This document shows positions 12,085 through 21,500 of a stretch of 64,000 nt of DNA, in pieces (position 1 is the first letter of the stretch; each line of letters starts with the position of its first letter). The stretch spans positions 1 through 64,000 of the forward strand of contig NW_005434582.1 in assembly GCF_000315625.1 (NCBI RefSeq). The letters run 5' to 3'. Both the position numbers and the translations under genes were made by a program. The stretch comes from Guillardia theta CCMP2712. Taxonomy: Eukaryota; Protista; Cryptophyta. Under the pieces are notes generated by a model, which saw only the letters and a list, made by a program, of their open reading frames with translations, made no database searches and was not told the DNA's origin.

Positions 12085-13333
12085 ATCGTGGTCGATGCTT
12101 ACACCACCAACAGCTCAAAATGCGTAAATACAATGGCTGTTGGACTTTTGCGATCTGACTTTGAAACTTTTACATTATCGAATGCTGGGTTCTGTTGGGT
12201 CGGATAGCGAGTAAGGATCTTGATCATTACATGTAGGCGGGTGTTGGCTGACATTGGATTTTGCACTTCCGTGTGTGTTCCTGGATGGCATCATCATGAT
12301 GCTTACAGCTTGTAAGTCTGTTGCTGCCATGATGCCGTGCGGAAATGTTTCAGGCTAACATCATTGATTTCTGGTCGGTTGCTGACTCGGATGGGGTTGT
12401 GCGGGCGGGGATAATGACAGTATGTAAGTGTCTTGAATAACATATCACTCAGGGGATAGAGGGGACTGACATTGATTCATTGATAATATTTGTGTTTGGT
12501 TGCTCACTCGAACGGGTTTGATAGAATGTAAGTGTCTTGATTGAAGCTCGCGGTCAGGCATTCTCGGCTGACAATGCTTGTGCTTTTCGCTGTCTTTGGG
12601 TGGGCTGGATGGGTTGCGGGATCGGATAGCGAGTGAGTATCATGATGGGAGCATGCAGTCAGAGGATGATTGACTTACGTCTTGTTGATTTCAATCGCTG
12701 GTTTTACAATGCAATGGGCTTGTTGTCGGGATCGGGTAGTGGGTAAGAATCTTGATTGAATTCTCCGGCCCGTGGAGGGCAAGCTGACATTGATCGCGCC
12801 CCTATCTCCGTGCTTGGGATCGGATGGATGGGATCTTCGATCGTATAGGCGGTAAGTATCTTGATATAACATGCAATCGTTGGGTCGATAGGGACTGAAG
12901 TTGACAATTTCTGGTTTGATCTGACTCCCACGGGATTGTGTGTGCGGGTATAGTCTGTGAGTAACTAAGTTGATGAACAATCCGCTCAGGAGTCGACTGA
13001 TATTGTTTGTGCTTGTTTTCGGTGCTTGGGGTTGTGTGGACAACTTGCGGGATCGGATAGTCGGTAAGTATCTCACTTGAAATATGCGGCCACAGGAGTG
13101 AGTCGATTGACTGACATGTGCTTGTGCTTTGTGCTGTCTTCGGGGTCGGATTGATGGGTTGAACCGGATAGGGAGTAAGTATCTTGAGATGAAAAGTAAG
13201 GTCTGCGAAAGATTTGCTGACTTTCTTGTGCTGTCTCCGTGCTTGCGTTCGGATGAATGGGCTATTCGATTGAATAGCGAGTAAGTATCTTGTTGGGAGC
13301 ATGCGGTCAGAGAATCGCTGATTGTTGTTTCAG
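12085..13333 (+). other. Array of eleven 3-nt microexons separated by ~100-110-nt related introns; probable 5' part of the ROCO gene
   Basis: yAG|NNN|GTRAG at 12208 CGA, 12309 CTT, 12421 TAT, 12525 AAT, 12630 CGA, 12740 TGG, 12849 GCG, 12954 TCT, 13061 TCG, 13172 GGA and 13278 CGA. Each upstream intron has a YTRAY branch site then an AG-free ~50-60 nt stretch. A 39-nt exon (12085-12123) precedes the array; a normal 53-nt intron (13281-13333) follows it. Confidence 0.85.
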
Positions 13334-16300
13334 TGCTGCTTGTGCTACTTCGACAAAAAATCGGAAGAAGAACGATCAGACATGTGTCAACACTGCAAGG
13401 ATCGACGCTCTCTCATACACGACCTGGAGGAAGGTCTTGTATCTGCCAATCCCAGCGCGCAGGAAGCATTCAAGAAGATCGAGGAATTCCGTGAGCACGT
13501 CAGCGAAGCGGGAAAGCCTTTCGCTGAGAGGCTAGACCTGGCCAAGTCTCACTACCTCTTCGGGATGCAGAAGGAGCCTCTTGCTGTGGACGCCGTGAAG
13601 CTGCTCATGTCAAACGGAGAGCTGGGAAAATGCTACAGCGTCGAGAAAGGCGAGCTCAACCTGTCTTTGCGAACAGGTAGCATGAAACGATACATTATAC
13701 GAGAACTGAGAATGAAGACCCTCCCGGGGTGGATTGCCATAGTCGCCATCCCTATCCGGACCATTGACATCTCCGGAAACCCCAACCTTTCCAGCCTGCC
13801 CTTGGATGAGCTGTGCAGCATGAGAGATAGTCTGAAGGAGATGAACTGCCAAAACTGCATACGGCTGCAGCTGCCTCCACCAGAGATCGCCGGTCAAGGA
13901 GGAGAAGCAAGTTTCATGTACATGCAGAGTGTCAAGACGGACAGCGAGACAAACAAAAGGATGAATCTCATTCTGATTGGCAACGGGGAGGCAGGGAAGA
14001 CGAGCGTGTTCAGAGCTCTAAGTTCTGTGGAGAACAAGGCTGGCAAGATCGATGTGGACAAGAGGACGATCGGGATAGATCTGGATAGATGGGAACCTGA
14101 TGGGGCTGACGGGCTGACGTTCGACGTGATGGACTTCGGGGGACAAGAGGTCTACGGCAAGACGAACCAGTACTTCATTGTGAGGCGGGCCTTGTACCTG
14201 CTGGTGTGGAACGTGAGGACGACGAGAGATGAGATGAGTGCAGGTGGAGCCGCAGGGAGCATGAAGGAGCTGAGGGCGATGATTTCTACCTGGTTGCGAA
14301 CGCTGCAAGCAAGAGTGCCGGGAGCGAGTGTGATGCTGGTGGCGACGCACATCGACATAGCTGGGCAGAGCGAGATAGAGGATCAGTCCGAGGAGGTGAG
14401 AAAATGTGTGCAAGAGGAGCTGAAAAAGATGTCAGAAGAAGAAGACGAGAATATTCTTCCCTTACATGTCATACGCGAAGGCGGGAGCTTCAGAGTAAAC
14501 TGTCTTGAGGGAGAGGGAATCAAGGAGCTCCGAGCCTCTGTGTGCCAGGCGGCAAAGGAGCTGCTGTGGTGGAATGAGAGCATACCTCGGCCCTACCTGA
14601 AGCTGAGACATGCGGTGGAAGTTCAGTCAAAGAACGAGCCTTATTTGAAGGTAGAGCAATACTTGAAGATGTTGAAGGAAGCAGAAGTCGAAGAGAAAGA
14701 AGAGAAGATAGTGACGAGCTTCTTGCACGACATGGGAGTCCTCAAGTACTTCGGTCGGGAGCTGAAAGCAATGCATAGCAGGGAAGCAGAGAGCAAGTAC
14801 TCCGTGGAAGACACGGTCTTCATTGACATCGAATGGATGATCGACGTATTCAAGGGCGTGATGCGACATGACTGGCGGCATCTCCTCGACTTCTTCCACC
14901 AGGACCCAACCAAGTCAAAGAAGACGAAGAAGCTGCTACACCTGGGCATCATAGACGAAGACATGTTCGAGTACCTGTGGCCCCAGCCAAACAGCAAGTT
15001 CTGGAGCGAAGAGAAGTCAGGGAAGTCATGTAGATCAGCTGAGATAGGCTTCACTAAGAGCCATGTGGAGGTCGAGCAGGCAGTGGCCCTGCTTCAGGGT
15101 TGCGACCTGGCACACTTCCTGGGTGCGGGGGAAATGGTTGATGCGGAAAACGAGGAGACCAAGAGGGAGCTGCTTTGCCCCGGCATCATCCCGTCGTTTA
15201 CGCATCAGCACAAGCAAGCAGTGAGGGACTCGCATTCTCTGTGCGCACGCCTGCAATGCGAGTACAACTTCTTCCCCATCGGCTTCATCGACAGGCTGGT
15301 CGTGCTGTCCGCCGCTCGCCACTTTGAGGTAGACTGCAGCGGCTCGATGGCGGTGATGAAGGGCTGGGGGCGAACACTTGTGATGAGCTGGCGCGAAGAC
15401 GAAGGCAAGCATATGGTGATAGCAGTTGCGTCGACGAGGCAGCAGATCGAGAACTTGGATAAAGACCTGAAGCGGCTGGAGGCGTTCTTTCCGGGGGTGA
15501 AAAGGAGGAGTGATAAGAAAGGCTCGGGCAAGGAGGCGGTGCAGGTTGGGATCTTTTCGTATGGAGTGAAGTCAGGAGAGTGTGCGTGCAATATTGAAGG
15601 AAATATGATGAACATATACAACGCAGAGAAACGCTGCATAGATCTCACATGCACGATCTACCGATGTGAGAGGCAAATTAGCGATCTGACTGATAATTGC
15701 CTCGTGAACATCTTGTGCATCTCGACCGAGTTTTTGGATGAGCTTGAAGCAAAGCAAGGAGGAGGAAGCTTCTGCGAGCGATGGAACATGTTGACCACGA
15801 GCAAAGCAGTCATCATCCCTGTTATTCTGAAGGATTATTATCACAAGCACATTGAAGGGCCTAGAAGGTTTAACAAGTGGTGGCCGCAGAGGATACAGAA
15901 GATGGAGCGATACAAGGTGTTCCACAAGTACATCAAGGATGACAAAGTCTCGATGTGCATGCTGTATGACAGTATCATTATGAAGTTGCATCACGGACGA
16001 GGGAGCTTCGAAGACTTGTTGGATGTCACCAGTCAGAACATGCTTCTGTGCGAAGATTGCTTGTATCAGATGTCCAAGTCTCAAGATCACTCGCGGGGCG
16101 ATGAAGGTGTTGGCACATTTGATCCCTCAGAGGTGAAAAGAGCCATAGAAGATCGAAGAACCGGCATCACGACCAAACAGAGAGGGCTAGATAGAGAAGA
16201 TTTCATCCAACGGGAGATCATGGTGAACTTTATCGCTTGCTCACGTGGTCACAAGAAGCTTGTAAAGGAGATGCTTGAGTTCAACAGCTCCAGCTCCCCC

Positions 16301-17338
16301 TGTCCGTCGTGCTTGAAGCAGAAGACTGTACCTCACTTCTTCAGCAGACCGACGTGTCTGAGCAAGCTTGCTCGCGACCTTGCGGCTAAAATTGAATGTC
16401 CTACATGTGGAATGCACGTGGATGTCTTCGACGTCACGCCTCCGCAGGTTTTCTTGAGCTACCAGTGGGGGCACAAGTGTTCGACGCAAGAAATGGTGAA
16501 GCAGGTGAAGCGGCGGATCGAGGAGCAGACAAGCTTGCAGTGCTGGCTCGACGTGGAGGGAGGGATCAACCCTGGTGAAGATCACATGCAGAAGATGGAG
16601 CTCGGGGTGTCTCGGTGCGAGGTGTTTGTGGTCTTCATGAGCGACAAGTACGTCAAGAGCGCCAACTGCAGGAGGGAGTTCGCGCGGGCGTGTGAGACAG
16701 GAAGGTATATCATCCCAGTGTTGGTGCCGGTTCAATTTCAACCGGATCAAGACTCGGCTAGCGGCTTAGAGTCCGAGTCCGGCTGGAAGGGCGACAAGAG
16801 GCATCAAGACTGGTGGAAGAGGATCTCTGGGATCGAGCAGGGCGAAGGAGCTGCGCTAGAAGTTGAGGTCAACTGGAGGCATTTCAAGTCATTTCCTCAG
16901 ACCTTCGAGCTCGAAGCTGAGATGCGAGGAGAAAAGGTGCTGGTGAAGCGAGGTGTTCAAGAGCTGGTCGCGGCTGTGCAGGCAAGAGCTTACAGGGGAA
17001 GCATCGTCTGGCACGAGTTGAAGCCTGTAGCATGGGGAGCGAGCATCGCACGTTCTTGCGCAGAAGAGAAACCTGAGATGGAGCAACGGGTTCACCAAGA
17101 GGAGGAGCCGGAGAGCACACCAGGAGGGGAGGATGACTTTGGGGAGCAAGACGAGGGGAGATATGAGAAGCTGAATCCGATGGAGGAGCTGCTGGGCAGT
17201 GGAAGTACAACCCTTTTTAAGGATCGAGACAGGAGCAAGGATTACGAAATTTCTGCTGGAGATGGCGTGACTGGGGATGAAAAGTACGCCCTTGCAGAGT
17301 ATCAGACGAAGGCGTCATCTTGTTGTGTCGTCAGTTAG
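13334..17338 (+). CDS. ROCO-family protein: LRR - Roc GTPase - COR - degenerate TIR-like segment - CxxC region - TIR - CaaX
   Basis: LRR IRTIDISGNPNLSSLP...LPPPEI; P-loop GNGEAGKTS; RTIGID; DFGGQEVY; LVATHID; COR-like FLHDMGVLKYF and FFPIGFIDRL; TIR QVFLSYQW...CWLDV...VFVVFMSDKYVKSANCRREF...IIPVL; C-terminus SSCCVVS*. One uninterrupted ~4-kb exon. Confidence 0.92.
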   Translation, partial: CCLCYFDKKSEEERSDMCQHCKDRRSLIHDLEEGLVSANPSAQEAFKKIEEFREHVSEAGKPFAERLDLAKSHYLFGMQKEPLAVDAVKLLMSNGELGKCYSVEKGELNLSLRTGSMKRYIIRELRMKTLPGWIAIVAIPIRTIDISGNPNLSSLPLDELCSMRDSLKEMNCQNCIRLQLPPPEIAGQGGEASFMYMQSVKTDSETNKRMNLILIGNGEAGKTSVFRALSSVENKAGKIDVDKRTIGIDLDRWEPDGADGLTFDVMDFGGQEVYGKTNQYFIVRRALYLLVWNVRTTRDEMSAGGAAGSMKELRAMISTWLRTLQARVPGASVMLVATHIDIAGQSEIEDQSEEVRKCVQEELKKMSEEEDENILPLHVIREGGSFRVNCLEGEGIKELRASVCQAAKELLWWNESIPRPYLKLRHAVEVQSKNEPYLKVEQYLKMLKEAEVEEKEEKIVTSFLHDMGVLKYFGRELKAMHSREAESKYSVEDTVFIDIEWMIDVFKGVMRHDWRHLLDFFHQDPTKSKKTKKLLHLGIIDEDMFEYLWPQPNSKFWSEEKSGKSCRSAEIGFTKSHVEVEQAVALLQGCDLAHFLGAGEMVDAENEETKRELLCPGIIPSFTHQHKQAVRDSHSLCARLQCEYNFFPIGFIDRLVVLSAARHFEVDCSGSMAVMKGWGRTLVMSWREDEGKHMVIAVASTRQQIENLDKDLKRLEAFFPGVKRRSDKKGSGKEAVQVGIFSYGVKSGECACNIEGNMMNIYNAEKRCIDLTCTIYRCERQISDLTDNCLVNILCISTEFLDELEAKQGGGSFCERWNMLTTSKAVIIPVILKDYYHKHIEGPRRFNKWWPQRIQKMERYKVFHKYIKDDKVSMCMLYDSIIMKLHHGRGSFEDLLDVTSQNMLLCEDCLYQMSKSQDHSRGDEGVGTFDPSEVKRAIEDRRTGITTKQRGLDREDFIQREIMVNFIACSRGHKKLVKEMLEFNSSSSPCPSCLKQKTVPHFFSRPTCLSKLARDLAAKIECPTCGMHVDVFDVTPPQVFLSYQWGHKCSTQEMVKQVKRRIEEQTSLQCWLDVEGGINPGEDHMQKMELGVSRCEVFVVFMSDKYVKSANCRREFARACETGRYIIPVLVPVQFQPDQDSASGLESESGWKGDKRHQDWWKRISGIEQGEGAALEVEVNWRHFKSFPQTFELEAEMRGEKVLVKRGVQELVAAVQARAYRGSIVWHELKPVAWGASIARSCAEEKPEMEQRVHQEEEPESTPGGEDDFGEQDEGRYEKLNPMEELLGSGSTTLFKDRDRSKDYEISAGDGVTGDEKYALAEYQTKASSCCVVS

Positions 17339-17622
17339 TCGCTCGTTGCTCATCTAAGCCGGGCGATCAGACAAACTTGACGGTTGTAGCCAGCAGACTG
17401 ACTCTGAGCCTGATGACTAATCAGTTGGTCCTGTGTAGAGAAAAGTATAATTATTGGCCCGGGCCCCGCTGCCGCTGAGCCTCCGAGAGTGTCACCCGGT
17501 ACGGTACAACAACCGAGTCCGATCAGTTGATCACTGAGTAAATTTCGTGCGGCCGGGCGCGGCAAACTCGGCTGACGCAAGTGAGTGCTTGGACTCTGGC
17601 TGATCAGTGTCATATCCCACCC

Positions 17623-17733
17623 GGAGCCCGAGCTACATCATGGAGCCAGAGCTACGGTAGTACATCACAGTGAGCCCGACCTATGAAATGGAGCCCGAGC
17701 TATCATTATGAAATGGAGCCCGAGCTATGAAAT
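17623..17733. repeat. Five imperfect copies of GGAGCCCGAGCTA, some followed by TGAAAT
   Basis: Seen directly downstream of the ROCO stop. Confidence 0.75.
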
Positions 17734-18590
17734 CACGTTGAGAAAGTCTGTCTTGTTCTTGTGTTATCTACGGCCGGTGTGGCGAAGTTTCCGGCGAGTC
17801 CCGGCACTCGGCGTGGCATACCCGGGCATGCCAGGTACGCGCGGCGGCGTGCGGCCCGGCGGCGCCTGCACTGCGGCAAAGCCTCAGTGTGAAGAGGCAC
17901 TGAGAGGCGGAAAAGCCTGTCACGGCGGGGCCGACTCAGCCTACTGCGGCGGACTCCCCGCCTCAGCGGCCACGACTCAGTGACTCAGAGTGGGGTAGGA
18001 CCCCGATCTCGAGGGATGGAAACAGGGGTAGGGTGATCGATTCAAATCTTTGAAAACAACTCTTATGCCAGTTTTCGGATACTAAACGAAAATTATAATT
18101 GAAATTTCAAGTTATTTTATCAAAAATTCAAACACTCTACACGGAGGGGGAAAAAGTTCAGGACCGCCTTCAGGGTGCCAGCATTTGGTTTTCGGGTATC
18201 ATGGGGAGGGAAGGAAGGGAGGGGAGGGAGGGGAGGGAGGGGAGGGAGGGAGAGCGACAGGAGTATGCAAGGTATGCAGGGATGTCGGTAAACAGATGCT
18301 ACAAGGCAGAAGATCAACAGTTTCTCATGCCATCTGCCATAGATCGATCATTGTTGTCTGAATCATCCCTTACCAGGCACCATCGTGGATCCCCGTAATG
18401 TTTTGATATCCTTCCCCGAGGCCAGCAACGGTTTGCGAAATTCATCTCGCATGCTTCGTCTGATCCCCTCCGATCCCTCACAAGAACGATTCTAGGAGCA
18501 TGCTGAATCATCCAAGGCAGCAAGATGCGCCGCCATCCAACCATCCGCACCCCCCGAGCAACCCTGGTGAGCAGCTGGAGTGTGAATTCC

Positions 18591-21500
18591 ATGGCAGGTG
18601 CTGTCTGAAAGACTTCTATCTGATCCCCTCATGCTTCAGAGCTCTACGGCATCGGCCTCATGTTCCGTCACGACACGCAAGGGCTCGTCAGGATCTGCGG
18701 CATCCAACCGGATGGACCAGGTGGGTTGACGGACGAGAATTGTCTTACCAGCAAGAGTGACCTCTCCTTGCTCTCCTTGCTCTCCTTGTCCTGCTTCGTT
18801 TGTATCCTCTCCTTGTTCTCCTGACGTTCTTTCGCAGCGGCGGAGAGCAAGATGCTAAGCATCGACGATGTGCTGCTGGCTGTGGATGGGAAGAACGTGG
18901 CCGGACTCAGTAAGCGTTGGCTGCCGCGGCCTGAGATGAGAGTTGTGGTAACAGGCATTCAAAGCATCCGGAACCTTCTTGTCGGCTTGTTTGGGACAAC
19001 GGTTGTCCTCGACGTTCAGGTTCTGTTGATCTCTGGTGGAGACAATATGGCTCATGTTTCATTCCTTCTGTTGGCATGCAGAAGGCCCAAAGTCAGACTG
19101 CCAGCCATGGGGTGTGCCCTTGCTAGTTCTTCGCCACTTGCCGTAGTCTGATCCGACTCATGCCTTCTCCTCCTCTCCTTTGTTGCTCCTCTCCTCTCCT
19201 CTCCTCTTCTTCCCCTCTCTTCCCGTTTCCCTCCTCCAGGTTCACTTCGGAGTATTCAGTTCGACTCCTTCGACAAGGTGAGCCTCCCCGCCCTCCCCAG
19301 AAACATCACTCTTCCAGAAAGTCCCTCCGCCTCTTTTGCTTCGTCCTATCATGCTCCTCCTTGCTCCCCGTGATCTCGTGGCGTGCTAGGAGGATCAGAG
19401 TGCAGCTGAAGAGGACCTACAAACCCAGTCCTCTCCCGCAAGGTTGTAGATCCTCTGACCTACTTCACCCTGTTTGACGATGTCATGTGTGTTAGCAGCC
19501 AACAACGTCGAGCAGGCGGCAGATGCTACGGGCGGTCCGAGCGCAAGTGAGACGAGAGAGGCGTCAGCAGCGCAGCAGCATTTGCACCCCTCGGATACCC
19601 GTGACGCGGGTGTGCTCAAGGACCAGCAAGATGGTAAGATGCACCGAGACGAAAGACCAGAGGGCAATGGCAGCGCACCCTTGAAGGCTGATCCGGAGGA
19701 GATAGACGCGACTGGTGTCAATGGATCGAGCGAAGCAGTGGAAACGAAGTTCCATGGCGAAGTGCACGAGGCCTCGGAGGCACAAGGAGGGCAGAAGGAG
19801 AGTGGTTTCAGCGAGAATGACTCTGCTGCTGCAGAGGATGAGGTGAAGGGAAGAGGAGAGGAGGAAAAAGAAGACATGCATGCAGCAACAGATCAAGTCA
19901 AGGAAGGGCAATTCCAGGAGAAGGACGTGGAGCTTGCCGAGAAGCAAGTGGAAACCGATGAGAAAGGGGAGGAGAGGCCTGAAGCGTCTGAGGGGCAGGA
20001 GAGGCAGCAGGATGGCGATGGGGAATCTACGTTGGAAGGAGAAGAAAAGGAGGCAGAGGCTGTGGTGGAAGAACAAGATCTTGGCATCAAGGAAGAATCA
20101 CAGGAAGTAGCAAAGCCAGAGGCGGTTGAGGAACGATGCGAAGGCGAGAAAGAGGTCGAACTCGGGGAAGCAGGAGAGGAGGCACATGCTGAAGCGGAGG
20201 ACGGACAAAATGGACAAGAAGTAGTAGAGGCTCAGGCAAGGGACGAGGATGAGTCGGCAGCAAAGGAAAGGGAGGAGGAGATGAGTGAAGTCACTTCGAA
20301 GAATGCAGAGGAGGTTGAGGAGCCAGGAGCAAGCGCTGCTAAGCAGCAGGGTGCTGAAGGAGGAGGCAGAGATGTCGCGTCTCCTGCACCAAAGGAGGCA
20401 AACCTTTCGGTGGAGATCTCGTCAGGCCTCAAGGTAAGGAGGTGTAGAACGATGTCAGGGGCTCACTGGGAGCAGGAGGTTGACGGTGGGCAGACGGCAA
20501 AGGAAGCTTCACAGCTTCTGAAGGTGAGATGGTGGGAGGGAGCATGACTGTCTCGTGACCGGAGCATGTGATGAGCAGGCAGAGCAGGAGAGGAGCAGAA
20601 ACTCAGGAACTCCTCGTGCAGTCTCGATGCTCAACAGGAAAGACCTCCACGAGCTCAAGACGTTCAAAGTGCCCTCCTCCCCATGCATGCTTCGCATCAA
20701 CGGCTCCAGGTTCCCCTGCGTCTCTCGCGTCCCATGCTCTTCCTCCCTGCTCGCAACCAACGCTGTGAGTGTGGTCTGGTGCCCCTCTGGCCGGATCCTC
20801 GTCTGGCATGGCGCGTCGTCGAGCGCGCAGGAGCGGGTGAAAGCGCTGGAGATCGCTTCTGCTCTCAAGGACATAGAGCACTGCGCTAGGGGAAAGATCC
20901 AGCGGGTAGAGGAAGGAGACGAGGAGGGAGACTTTTGGGAGCTGGTTGGCCCTCCTCTTACGGAAAAGAAGGTGTCAAGTCTGCCGGACGAGTCGAGCTA
21001 CTGGAGCGCGATGGAGGTTTATGGATGGAGGGAGGAGGACGAGAGAGTCGAGGTGAGCGAGAGGCCCTTGCGGCAGCAGATTCTGCGATCAGACAGCTCC
21101 TTCGTGATCGCCTCCTCCTTCATCGGTATCTTCGTGTGGGTCGGGCGTGAGAGCTCGCAAGCAGCTGCTGAAGCTGCACGAGCAGAGGCAGACGCGATGG
21201 CTGCGAAGATGCGAAGAAGTACGAGGAACAGAGCGAGTAACGGGAACCATGCAGGAGAGGAAGGCGACGAGGAAAGAGCCAACATGGACGGGGAAGAACA
21301 TGACTGCAGCACTGAGGAGGAAAAAGGCAGAGCGGAAGATGGGGCAGAACATTGTGTAGAAGGGACTGGGGGTGAGGAGGGTGTAGCTGAAGGTGGAGAA
21401 CAAAGGGAAGATGACGAAGAGGAGAATGTGCAGGAGGAGGAGGCAGGTCAAGAAGAGGAGGACAGCAGCACTGGAGGAAGGGAAGGAGGGGAGGAGGTGG

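Noticed and set aside
12195-13295. CRISPR-like reading of the ~107-nt periodic array
   Set aside because: The repeats are degenerate and coincide with spliceosomal signals, the context is eukaryotic, and no cas genes are present.
12675-13302. Minus-strand ORFs 12675-13076, 12704-12931 and 12802-13302
   Set aside because: They are antisense to the intron array, have no recognisable domain and are better explained as by-products.
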